Source: Eledone cirrhosa (Eukaryota). From it: a DNA stretch of 64,000 nucleotides. The first letter of the stretch is position 1, and the number at the start of each line of letters is the position of its first letter. The DNA lies in the NCBI GenBank assembly GCA_964016885.1, contig OZ024743.1, positions 350,734,001 through 350,798,000 of the forward strand, written 5' to 3'. Below, piece by piece: positions 19,201-28,325 of the stretch. A program made the position numbers and the translations under genes. The notes below the pieces were generated by a model that searched no databases, was not told where the DNA came from, and saw only the letters and a list, made by a program, of their open reading frames with translations.

Positions 19201-19631
19201 CCGTTCCAGTCGCCCACTAACACTAAAGAGCGGGACGTTCCAAGAAAGGTCTCCAGACGCCGGAAGAAATCAGGCCGCCCTGCTCCTGTCGGGGCATAGA
19301 CGGCCACTAGCCTGAAAGATTGCCCGTCTCCGCTGGTCACGTCCAGCACCACCAGCTTACCCTCTGGGTCCAGGAAGATGGCCCGTATGGCGAGATCCAA
19401 ACCTCTCCGAAAAAGTACAGCAACTCCTCCACCGGATCCAGGACGGCTGGGAGATGCGTACACATCGTAGCCGCCGAAGATCGGTGCGAAGGCCCGTGCT
19501 TCGGAGATTCTGGTCTCGCTGATGGCCACTACATCTATGTTTAGTGACCTGAGGTCGTTGAGCAGGTGACCCTGCTTCCATGACGACCCCAAGCCACGCG
19601 CATTTATGCTGCCTATTCTGAGTGAGGTCAT
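16212..19631 (-). CDS. ORF2 of A4 (EN-RT-zf)
   Basis: 1139 aa, uninterrupted. Confidence 0.97.
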   Translation of the reverse strand: MTSLRIGSINARGLGSSWKQGHLLNDLRSLNIDVVAISETRISEARAFAPIFGGYDVYASPSRPGSGGGVAVLFRRGLDLAIRAIFLDPEGKLVVLDVTSGDGQSFRLVAVYAPTGAGRPDFFRRLETFLGTSRSLVLVGDWNGILDARWDCVGLADRGGGCKSLTNLLRRFELSDRYRLDFPNVPMWTWTNRIGSSRSYLDRVFCREIDRSSIGCPQFKIVSYTDHKFVTCVLDLDRLHRRGPGYWKLNASLPARKAYRDRISELVKRALTGAIVNNKWWFALKRAIRIESIRFSKALAIEKNRAEGELVRKLDEALSKGIATDVLAAKLALDQFFNAKHEGCVVRARVRALRHEGTKAVQWARVAEARRGNKATIRSLVDHDGRMLLDPGQMCEAFQRHFAQLFGGSGGPGRGMDFSVYLDGLPRLSATEARCCEKPITAAEVREAMTGCTRGKSPGLDGLPYELYVQMPDLFGGLLADVYCNWQQNGRIPSSVSRGAVALLRKDPNKGDNIDNFRPITLLNTEFKILAKVLAKRLALVVGGLVGEAQTCAIPDRSIHDNLHLMRYIVERVAREPGTGGSLINLDQSKAFDRVDHRYLAAVLRAAGFGPVFRGWIAAMHSDICSVVRVNGHLSEPFNIMRSVRQGCPLSSLLYVLTLEPLLHKLETLRGVPRELGCGRSVSAYADDVTVVVSNAKHIEAIGTTLREYEAVTGAMINQEKSVGLQLGTWRGRSMPSNSVVGRWTDGPVKLLGVWFGPDLQTDKNWDEVTSRVASLTQKWAERKLSLKGRAEVANAYIASVICYRLTVVPCPKPRLTALERLLFRFLWKGRAPMVRRSICCQHPLRGGLGMPWLMMRRHALRLRHLHLFLDGDQVWSPFARRVFPQLVSLTELQSWVKRRPRGSAWRLECLQALTALDQSGNVIGGNSTSAFYRGLVEGKSDDVLGETLGVDENQLANLFGRTFGPGPMDNFQKSLAWQCYRGALPVRDKLYRHGGAVSRACPRCAQGDETVLHALVQCPKIADLWVYVEHLLSRLGRIQLSSESIVRIAPPSSFSREGQAVFICLVAMAKEIVWWTRLKGLKTSTYLFGDALIDFFKFHLKRKIRVEREVLSSQHFVERWVREARMARVNGPTLSIYL

Positions 19632-19666
19632 GTTTAAAATAGAGTGGAAAAGATGGGAAAGACCAC

Positions 19667-21760
19667 TTACCGTATTTTTGGTAGAGGAGGGATGGTTTTT
19701 ACATCCCTTTTCACTTGATCGTCTGGTGAAGGGACCGTTGAATCGTCCCTTCGGCTGGTCGTCGGCTCTTCTAAGAGAATGTCTGAATATACTCTTCGAT
19801 TAATGGTTCCTCCTAGGTCCCTGAAATCACCAACTGCGTTGGGGAATTTCGTTTTAATGTTTGTGTATTGTTTCTGTGCTATTTTTAGCAGTCTTATGTT
19901 AGTTGGCGTTTTGATTGGTGCTGGTATTATGTAGTCCTGTTGTGAAATGTCTGTGTGTTCAATTATGTAAGTCATTAGTTTCTTGTTGTGTGTGTTTATT
20001 GCCGTGCATTTGTTTTTCTGGGGGTGGGGTGTGGTTCTGCTATTTTCTTGTCGTTGTTGCTGGGTGTGTGTGTTTTGTTGTTGTGTTTGCGATGTTGGTG
20101 CTTGTGGTGTTGAAGGTGTTGTTGGCGGTGGGGTTGTCGCCGGTGGTGATGGTGGTGCTGGTGTGGGTGGTGATGGTGTTGGTGGTGTTGCTGCTGTGGG
20201 TCTCTTTGCAGTAGACTTTACCCTTTTCTCATTTCTTTCCTCCCTTTTCAAAGGCGACGATGCGCTGCTTCTGCGTTTGTGCCTTCTTGAGACCTTTTGC
20301 CATCCCTCTCCCACCTCACACTCCATGTCTGATTCTGTAAGGTCGGGGAGGGGTACCAGCTCCACTCTTTCACTTGTTGTTGTTGGTGATGTTTGCACTG
20401 GAGTCTCTGTTGCAGCTGCATTTGGTATTGCTGTTGTTGTTGTTAATATTTCCACTGCTGCTGCTGTCTTTGATTTCCGTGGAGTGGGTATGGGTGCCAC
20501 GGACCTATCGTTCCTGGTTGCCGCTTGTCCTGTTGCTGGTAGCCGTGGAACCGGATTCGGGAGGAGGGGGGTTTTCTCCTTTCTCAGGGTCTTCTCGTTG
20601 CAGAAGGCCCTGAGGTGAGTCTTCGATCCACAGCGAAAGCATTTCGGGCGTTTGCCCTCAACACTTATGGGCAGTTGAGTGCCGTTATCGAAGTCTATCA
20701 CATCCGGGATAGCTTCGATGCACTCCTGGTTGGTTTGGATTAGCATCTCAATGGAGGAGCCGACCCAATCTTCTCTTACTTTTTTCTGTACTTGCAGTAC
20801 AGTTGTTTTGTCCTCGATTCCGACGAGGACAGACGCGGCCAGCCAAGAAGGGGTCATTCCGGGGGGGACGTGGGTCAGTTTGACCCTCACAATTTTTTGC
20901 CCGCAGTAGGAGGGCACCAACACCATTTCCTCGCTCCTTAGGGTCACTACTGATTGGGCCTTTGCCTCCTGGGGTGTGGCAAAAAGTACGTCTACGGTGG
21001 CGTATTTTTTGCCTCGGGTGATGTGCGTTTTCCTCTGCCACACAGACCCCAAGGCTTTTTGTATTTGGGCCTCTGTGGCTCTTTCCACCCTACGGGATTT
21101 TGTACTTACTGTACGGTACGTGACCGTACAGTGCTCTTGGGTTTCGAAAAAATTTTTTTTTTTCGCTGCCTTGCAGATTGCTCGGTGTCCGTTCTTTGTC
21201 ACCATCTTCTTCGCTTCCTCTAATTCCTCATTTGTTATGAGGATTGTTTCCAGGTTTTTCGCAATACCTGCAAATGAGATTGGTTTTTCTCTGCTGTTGT
21301 TGTTGTCGTCAGAGCTGCTGGTACTTTTGTTGTTGCTGCAGGTACTACGACTACTGCCTCCGCCGCTGTTGCTGTGGTTGTTGTTGGTGTTGCTGCTGCT
21401 AATGCTGTTGTTGTTTATGCTGCTGGTGATGCTGTTGCGGCTGCTACTGTTGTTTTCATTGTCACTGTTGCTGTTGTTATTACGGCTGCTACTGCTATTA
21501 TTCCTGACGTCAGACGAATGAACTGGGTTTTCGTATTTCCCGCACACCTGTTTCGTCGCTGTCGTCGTCGTCGTGGAGAAACCTTGCACGCTTTGCACGA
21601 GACTTTTCTTTTCTTTCGTCACTTGCGAAAGAGAAGGGAGGGAGAGAGACACATTTAAAGAAGGGAGGGAGAGAGACAATCTTCTCTCTGCTGTAGTGAT
21701 GATTGAGGAAGAAGACGGAATGAGTGGGAGTGACGTATGAAAATTCTTTTTCGTAGCCAT
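19667..21760 (-). CDS. ORF1 of A4
   Basis: ATG at 21760; intact. Confidence 0.9.
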   Translation of the reverse strand: MATKKNFHTSLPLIPSSSSIITTAERRLSLSLPSLNVSLSLPSLSQVTKEKKSLVQSVQGFSTTTTTATKQVCGKYENPVHSSDVRNNSSSSRNNNSNSDNENNSSSRNSITSSINNNSISSSNTNNNHSNSGGGSSRSTCSNNKSTSSSDDNNNSREKPISFAGIAKNLETILITNEELEEAKKMVTKNGHRAICKAAKKKNFFETQEHCTVTYRTVSTKSRRVERATEAQIQKALGSVWQRKTHITRGKKYATVDVLFATPQEAKAQSVVTLRSEEMVLVPSYCGQKIVRVKLTHVPPGMTPSWLAASVLVGIEDKTTVLQVQKKVREDWVGSSIEMLIQTNQECIEAIPDVIDFDNGTQLPISVEGKRPKCFRCGSKTHLRAFCNEKTLRKEKTPLLPNPVPRLPATGQAATRNDRSVAPIPTPRKSKTAAAVEILTTTTAIPNAAATETPVQTSPTTTSERVELVPLPDLTESDMECEVGEGWQKVSRRHKRRSSASSPLKREERNEKRVKSTAKRPTAATPPTPSPPTPAPPSPPATTPPPTTPSTPQAPTSQTQQQNTHTQQQRQENSRTTPHPQKNKCTAINTHNKKLMTYIIEHTDISQQDYIIPAPIKTPTNIRLLKIAQKQYTNIKTKFPNAVGDFRDLGGTINRRVYSDILLEEPTTSRRDDSTVPSPDDQVKRDVKTIPPLPKIR

Positions 21761-21975
21761 GTTTTTTTTTTGTTTAAAATAAATATTGGGCACAAAACCC
21801 CAATAAGCGGTTATTTAACCCCGAAGGGCTAAATAACGGGCAGAAAGACCCCTCTCACGAGGAGGAGGGTGTTTTTGTCTACAAGTTGGTTAAAGTTTTA
21901 AACAATTTACAATTGTTATAGCGGTCAAAATTTACAATACCTTACAGAGCCGAGCCTCCGTCAACCATAGCATTC

Positions 21976-22011
<36 letters not shown>
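21976..22011. repeat. (AAT)12 junction tract
   Basis: 36 nt of pure AAT. Confidence 0.97.
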
Positions 22012-22013
<2 letters not shown>

Positions 22014-22274
22014 TTTCTTTATTAACCACAAGGGTTTACATAAAGTAGACATTAAGGACAGTGCAGGACAATGCAGGACGGTACAAATGGGCATTTCTGC
22101 GTGTAAAAAAAACAAAAACAGAGGATGTAACAAAAATAACAATGAAAATAACAATGAAAAATTCCCCAATAGGGGGGAGACTTCGGAGGGACATTTGTGG
22201 AGAAAGCCCAGTAAAAAGCCACAATGACCCTGACCACCAAGGCAAGTGCCCTCTCCCAGTTTTCCACCTTTAGT

Positions 22275-25200
22275 TTACAGATATATACTCAGAGTCGGCC
22301 CATTCACTCGGGCCATTCTTGCTTCTCTCACCCATCTTTCAACAAAATGCTGGGAAGAGAGCACTTCCTTTTCTACTCTGATTTTCCTTTTCAAATGAAA
22401 TTTGAAAAAGTCAATCAGAGCATCACCGAAGAGGTAAGTGCTCGTCTTCAGCCCTTTCAAACGTGTCCACCATACTATCTCTTTCGCCATGGCCACCAGA
22501 CAGATAAAAACTGCCTGCCCTTCCCGGCTAAAGGAGGAGGGCGGGGCAATCCTCACGATAGACTCAGATGATAGCTGGATCCGTCCTAAACGCGACAGCA
22601 GGTGTTCGACATAAACCCACAAGTCAGCAATTTTCGGACACTGGACGAGTGCGTGCAGGACGGTTTCGTCGCCCTGCGCGCATCTCGGACATGCCCGGCT
22701 GACGGCACCTCCATGCCTGTAGAGTTTATCCCGAACTGGCAAGGCTCCTCGGTAGCACTGCCAGGCCAGAGATTTCTGGAAGTTGTCCATAGGCCCTGGC
22801 CCGAAAGTTCTTCCGAAGAGATTGGCTAGTTGATTTTCGTCGACGCCTAGAGTTTCCCCAAGTACGTCGTCGCTCTTCCCCTCCACTAATCCTCTATAGA
22901 ACGCCGAGGTGGAGTTTCCACCGATCACATTGCCCGATTGGTCGAGGGCTGTGAGCGCCTGAAGACATTCCAGTCTCCAGGCGCTCCCTCTCGGTCTTCG
23001 CTTGACCCAGGACTGCAGCTCCGTCAAGGAAACGAGCTGGGGAAAAACGCGTCTAGCAAACGGCGACCACACCTGATCACCGTCGAGGAAGAGGTGGAGA
23101 TGTCGTAGCCTGAGCGCGTGCCTGCGCATCATCAGCCACGGCATGCCCAGCCCTCCACGTAGCGGGTGTTGACAACAGATGGACCGCCTGACCATCGGAG
23201 CACGTCCCTTCCACAAAAAGCGAAAGAGCAAACGCTCCAGCGCAGTCAGGCGAGGCTTAGGACAAGGTACGACGGTTAGGCGGTAGCAGATGACAGACGC
23301 GATGTACGCGTTAGCCACCTCCGCTCGACCTTTCAGGGATAGCTTCCTCTCCGCCCATTTCTGGGTGAGAGAAGCCACCCTGCTCGTCACCTCGTCCCAG
23401 TTTTTGTCCGTCTGGAGGTCCGGACCGAACCAGACCCCTAGCAATTTAACCGGTCCGTCCGTCCAGCGCCCGACGACGCTGTTGGACGGCATGGACCTGC
23501 CTCTCCAGGTGCCGAGCTGCAGGCCCACTGACTTTTCCTGGTTGATCATTGCTCCTGTCACCGCTTCGTATTCTCTTAGTGTAGTGCCGATCGCCTCGAT
23601 GTGTTTGGCGTTCGACACCACTACGGTGACATCGTCCGCATATGCTGACACGGATCTTCCGCATCCTAGTTCGCGCGGGACTCCCCTCAACGTCTCCAGT
23701 TTGTGCAGTAATGGCTCGAGAGTCAATACGTACAAGAGGGACGAGAGGGGACATCCTTGGCGGACCGAGCGCATGATGTTGAACGGTTCCGACAGGTGAC
23801 CGTTCACTCTCACCACAGAGCAGATGTCGCTGTGCATGGCAGCGATCCAGCCTCTGAAGACGGGCCCAAAGCCAGCCGCCCTCAGGACTGCCGCTAGGTA
23901 ACGATGGTCGACCCTATCGAAAGCTTTCGACTGATCTAAATTGATCAAGGACCCACCCGTGCCAGGTTCCCTAGCTACCCTCTCTACGATGTATCGCATG
24001 AGGTGGAGGTTGTCGTGGATGGATCTGTCGGGAATGGCGCATGTCTGCGCCTCTCCCACCAGACCACCAACGACAAGCGCCAACCTCTTTGCTAGCACCT
24101 TGGCCAAAATCTTGAACTCTGTGTTTAGCAGAGTTATGGGCCGGAAATTGTCTATGTTATCCCCCTTGTTCGGATCCTTTCTCAGCAGTGCCACCGCTCC
24201 TCGGCTCACAGAACTGGGAATTCTCCCGTTCTGTTGCCAGTTGCAGTAGACGTCCGCCAAGAGGCCTCCGAACAAGTCTGGCATCTGTACGTAAAGTTCA
24301 TAGGGCAGACCATCCAAACCAGGCGATTTACCCCTTGTGCAGCCAGTCATTGCCTCCCGTACTTCAGCGGCTGTTATCGGCTTTTCGCAACACCTCGCCT
24401 CAGTGGCCGAGAGCCGCGGCAGCCCGTCGAGGTAGACACTAAAGTCCATCCCTCTACCCGGCCCCCCGCTGCCCCCGAACAGCTGAGCGAAGTGTCGCTG
24501 AAAAGCTTCACACATTTGCCCGGGATCGAGTAGCATGCGCCCGTCGTGGTCCACCAAAGACCGGATCGTGGCTTTGTTGCCACGACGCGCCTCCGCCACT
24601 CGGGCCCATTGAACGGCTTTCGTCCCCTCGTGTCTGAGAGCACGCACCCTAGCTCTGACAACGCAGCCTTCGTGCTTTGCATTGAAGAATTGGTCAAGGG
24701 CCAATTTCGCCGCAAGCACGTCGGTCGCAATGCCTTTGCTAAGCGCCTCGTCTAATTTTCTAACTAGTTCTCCCTCTGCTCTATTTTTCTCTATTGCTAA
24801 AGCCTTACTAAACCTAATCGATTCTATTCTAATCGCTCTTTTCAGAGCAAACCACCACTTGTTGTTGACGATGGCCCCCGTCAACGCCCGCTTAACTAGT
24901 TCGCTAATCCGGTCTCTGTAGGCCTTGCGCGCTGGTAAGGACGCGTTTAGCTTCCAGTAGCCGGGTCCTCGTCTATGAAGCCTATCTAAGTCAAGCACAC
25001 AGATCACGAATTTGTGGTCCGTGTAGCTGACTATCTTGAATTGTGGACAGCCTATGCTAGACCTATCTATTTCCCTACAAAATACTCTATCTAGATATGA
25101 TCTGGATGACCCTATGCGGTTTGTCCAAGTCCACATTGGCACATTCGGGAAATCCAATCGGTACCTGTCAGACAGTTCAAAACGCCTGAGCAGGTTGGTG

Positions 25201-25694
25201 AGGCTCTTGCACCCTCCACCCCTATCCGCTAATCCCACACAGTCCCAGCGTGCATCTAAGATCCCGTTCCAGTCGCCCACTAACACTAAAGAGCGCGACG
25301 TTCCAAGAAAGGTCTCCAGACGCCGGAAGAAATCAGGCCGCCCTGCTCCTGTCGGGGCATAGACGGCCACTAGCCTGAAAGCTTGCCCGTCTCCGCTGGT
25401 CACGTCCAGCACCACCAGCTTACCCTCTGGGTCCAGGAAGATGGCCCGTATGGCGAGATCCAAACCTCTCCGAAAAAGCACAGCAACTCCTCCACCCGAT
25501 CCAGGACGGCTGGGAGATGCGTACACATCGTAGCCGCCGAAGATCGGTGCGAAGGCCCGTGCTTCGGAGATTCTGGTCTCGCTGATGGCCACTACATCTA
25601 TGTTTAGTGACCTGAGGTCGTTGAGCAGGTGACCCTGCTTCCATGACGACCCCAAGCCACGCGCATTTATGCTGCCTATTCTGAGTGAGGTCAT
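22275..25694 (-). CDS. ORF2 of A5 (EN-RT-zf)
   Basis: 1139 aa, uninterrupted. Confidence 0.97.
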   Translation of the reverse strand: MTSLRIGSINARGLGSSWKQGHLLNDLRSLNIDVVAISETRISEARAFAPIFGGYDVYASPSRPGSGGGVAVLFRRGLDLAIRAIFLDPEGKLVVLDVTSGDGQAFRLVAVYAPTGAGRPDFFRRLETFLGTSRSLVLVGDWNGILDARWDCVGLADRGGGCKSLTNLLRRFELSDRYRLDFPNVPMWTWTNRIGSSRSYLDRVFCREIDRSSIGCPQFKIVSYTDHKFVICVLDLDRLHRRGPGYWKLNASLPARKAYRDRISELVKRALTGAIVNNKWWFALKRAIRIESIRFSKALAIEKNRAEGELVRKLDEALSKGIATDVLAAKLALDQFFNAKHEGCVVRARVRALRHEGTKAVQWARVAEARRGNKATIRSLVDHDGRMLLDPGQMCEAFQRHFAQLFGGSGGPGRGMDFSVYLDGLPRLSATEARCCEKPITAAEVREAMTGCTRGKSPGLDGLPYELYVQMPDLFGGLLADVYCNWQQNGRIPSSVSRGAVALLRKDPNKGDNIDNFRPITLLNTEFKILAKVLAKRLALVVGGLVGEAQTCAIPDRSIHDNLHLMRYIVERVAREPGTGGSLINLDQSKAFDRVDHRYLAAVLRAAGFGPVFRGWIAAMHSDICSVVRVNGHLSEPFNIMRSVRQGCPLSSLLYVLTLEPLLHKLETLRGVPRELGCGRSVSAYADDVTVVVSNAKHIEAIGTTLREYEAVTGAMINQEKSVGLQLGTWRGRSMPSNSVVGRWTDGPVKLLGVWFGPDLQTDKNWDEVTSRVASLTQKWAERKLSLKGRAEVANAYIASVICYRLTVVPCPKPRLTALERLLFRFLWKGRAPMVRRSICCQHPLRGGLGMPWLMMRRHALRLRHLHLFLDGDQVWSPFARRVFPQLVSLTELQSWVKRRPRGSAWRLECLQALTALDQSGNVIGGNSTSAFYRGLVEGKSDDVLGETLGVDENQLANLFGRTFGPGPMDNFQKSLAWQCYRGALPVRDKLYRHGGAVSRACPRCAQGDETVLHALVQCPKIADLWVYVEHLLSRLGRIQLSSESIVRIAPPSSFSREGQAVFICLVAMAKEIVWWTRLKGLKTSTYLFGDALIDFFKFHLKRKIRVEKEVLSSQHFVERWVREARMARVNGPTLSIYL

Positions 25695-25729
25695 GTTTAA
25701 AATAGAGTGGAAAAGATGGGAAAGACCAC

Positions 25730-27829
25730 TTACCGTATTTTTGGTAGAGGAGGGATGGTTTTTACATCCCTTTTCACTTGATCGTCTGGTGAAGGGACCG
25801 TTGAATCGTCCCTTCGGCTGGTCGTCGGCTCTTCTAAGAGAATGTCTGAATATACTCTTCGATTAATGGTTCCTCCTAGGTCCCTGAAATCACCAACTGC
25901 GTTGGGGAATTTCGTTTTAATGTTTGTGTATTGTTTCTGTGCTATTTTTAGCAGTCTTATGTTAGTTGGCGTTTTGATTGGTGCTGGTATTATGTAGTCC
26001 TGTTGTGAAATGTCTGTGTGTTCAATTATGTAAGTCATTAGTTTCTTGTTGTGTGTGTTTATTGCCGTGCATTTGTTTTTCTGGGGGTGGGGTGTGGTTC
26101 TGCTATTTTCTTGTCGTTGTTGCTGGGTGTGTGTGTTTTGTTGTTGTGTTTGCGATGTTGGTGCTTGTGGTGGTGGTGTTGAAGGTGTTGTTGGCGGTGG
26201 GGTTGTCGCCGGTGGTGATGGTGGTGCTGGTGTGGGTGGTGATGGTGTTGGTGGTGTTGCTACTGTGGGTCTCTTTGCAGTAGACTTTACCCTTTTCTCA
26301 TTTCTTTCCTCCCTTTTCAAAGGCGACGATGCGCTGCTTCTGCGTTTGTGCCTTCTTGAGACCTTTTGCCATCCCTCTCCCACCTCACACTCCATGTCTG
26401 ATTCTGTAAGGTCGGGGAGGGGTACCAGCTCCACTCTTTCACTTGTTGTTGTTGGTGATGTTTGCACTGGAGTCTCTGTTGCAGCTGCATTTGGTATTGC
26501 TGTTGTTGTTGTTAATATTTCCACTGCTGCTGCTGTCTTTGATTTCCGTGGAGTGGGTATGGGTGCCACGGACCTATCGTTCCTGGTTGCCGCTTGTCCT
26601 GTTGCTGGTAGCCGTGGAACCGGATTCGGGAGGAGGGGGGTTTTCTCCTTTCTCAGGGTCTTCTCGTTGCAGAAGGCCCTGAGGTGAGTCTTCGATCCAC
26701 AGCGAAAGCATTTCGGGCGTTTGCCCTCAACACTTATGGGCAGTTGAGTGCCGTTATCGAAGTCTATCACATCCGGGATAGCTTCGATGCACTCCTGGTT
26801 GGTTTGGATTAGCATCTCAATGGAGGAGCCGACCCAATCTTCTCTTACTTTTTTCTGTACTTGCAGTACAGTTGTTTTGTCCTCGATTCCGACGAGGACA
26901 GACGCGGCCAGCCAAGAAGGGGTCATTCCGGGGGGGACGTGGGTCAGTTTGACCCTCACAATTTTTTGCCCGCAGTAGGAGGGCACCAACACCATTTCCT
27001 CGCTCCTTAGGGTCACTACTGATTGGGCCTTTGCCTCCTGGGGTGTGGCAAAAAGTACGTCTACGGTGGCGTATTTTTTGCCTCGGGTGATGTGCGTTTT
27101 CCTCTGCCACACAGACCCCAAGGCTTTTTGTATTTGGGCCTCTGTGGCTCTTTCCACCCTACGGGATTTTGTACTTACTGTACGGTACGTGACCGTACAG
27201 TGCTCTTGGGTTTCGAAAAAATTTTTCGCTGCCTTGCAGATTGCTCGGTGTCCGTTCTTTGTCACCATCTTCTTCGCTTCCTCTAATTCCTCATTTGTTA
27301 TGAGGATTGTTTCCAGGTTTTTCGCAATACCTGCAAATGAGATTGGTTTTTCTCTGCTGTTGTTGTTGTCGTCAGAGCTGCTGGTACTTTTGTTGTTGCT
27401 GCAGGTACTACGACTACTGCCTCCGCCGCTGTTGCTGTGGTTGTTGTTGGTGTTGCTGCTGCTAATGCTGTTGTTGTTTATGCTGCTGGTGATGCTGTTG
27501 CGGCTGCTACTGTTGTTTTCATTGTCACTGTTGCTGTTGTTATTACGGCTGCTACTGCTATTATTCCTGACGTCAGACGAATGAACTGGGTTTTCGTATT
27601 TCCCGCACACCTGTTTCGTCGCTGTCGTCGTCGTCGTGGAGAAACCTTGCACGCTTTGCACGAGACTTTTCTTTTCTTTCGTCGCTTGCGAAAGAGAAGG
27701 TAGGGAGAGAGACACATTTAAAGAAGGGAGGGAGAGAGACAATCTTCTCTCTCCTGTAGTGATGATTGAGGAAGAAGAAGACGGAATGAGTGGGAGTGAC
27801 GTGTGAAATTTTTTTTTTTTGGTAGCCAT
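25730..27829 (-). CDS. ORF1 of A5
   Basis: ATG at 27829; intact. Confidence 0.9.
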   Translation of the reverse strand: MATKKKKFHTSLPLIPSSSSSIITTGERRLSLSLPSLNVSLSLPSLSQATKEKKSLVQSVQGFSTTTTTATKQVCGKYENPVHSSDVRNNSSSSRNNNSNSDNENNSSSRNSITSSINNNSISSSNTNNNHSNSGGGSSRSTCSNNKSTSSSDDNNNSREKPISFAGIAKNLETILITNEELEEAKKMVTKNGHRAICKAAKNFFETQEHCTVTYRTVSTKSRRVERATEAQIQKALGSVWQRKTHITRGKKYATVDVLFATPQEAKAQSVVTLRSEEMVLVPSYCGQKIVRVKLTHVPPGMTPSWLAASVLVGIEDKTTVLQVQKKVREDWVGSSIEMLIQTNQECIEAIPDVIDFDNGTQLPISVEGKRPKCFRCGSKTHLRAFCNEKTLRKEKTPLLPNPVPRLPATGQAATRNDRSVAPIPTPRKSKTAAAVEILTTTTAIPNAAATETPVQTSPTTTSERVELVPLPDLTESDMECEVGEGWQKVSRRHKRRSSASSPLKREERNEKRVKSTAKRPTVATPPTPSPPTPAPPSPPATTPPPTTPSTPPPQAPTSQTQQQNTHTQQQRQENSRTTPHPQKNKCTAINTHNKKLMTYIIEHTDISQQDYIIPAPIKTPTNIRLLKIAQKQYTNIKTKFPNAVGDFRDLGGTINRRVYSDILLEEPTTSRRDDSTVPSPDDQVKRDVKTIPPLPKIR

Positions 27830-28042
27830 GTTTTTTTGTTTAAAATGAAATTTTGGGTACAAAACCCCAATAACTGGCTATTTAACCCCGAAGGGCCAAA
27901 TAACGGACAGAAAGACCCCTCTCACGAGGAGGAGGGTGTCTTTATCAACAATTTGGTTCAAGTTTTAAACAATTTACAATTGTTTTAACGGTTAAAAATT
28001 ACTATACCTTACAGAGCCGAGCCTCCGTCAACCATGGCATTC

Positions 28043-28063
28043 AATAATAATAATAATAATAAT
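28043..28063. repeat. (AAT)7 junction tract
   Basis: 21 nt of pure AAT. Confidence 0.97.
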
Positions 28064-28325
28064 GATTTCTTTATTAACCACAAGGGTTTACATAAAGTAG
28101 ACATTAAGGACAGTGCAGGACAATGCAGGACGGTACAAATGGGCATTTCTGCGTGTAAAAAAACAAAAACAGAGGATGTAACAAAAATAACAATGAAAAT
28201 AACAATGAAAAATTCCCCAATAGGGGGGAGACTTCGGAGGGACATTTGTGGAGAAAGCCCAGTAAAAAGCCACAATGACCCTGACCACCAAGGCAAGTGC
28301 CCTCTCCCAGTTTTCCACCTTTAGT

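Larger units (their letters stand above)
15950..21975 (-). mobile_element. Tx1-clade LINE family A, full-length copy A4
   Basis: Same organisation as A2. Confidence 0.96.
22012..28042 (-). mobile_element. Tx1-clade LINE family A, full-length copy A5
   Basis: Same organisation as A2. Confidence 0.96.
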
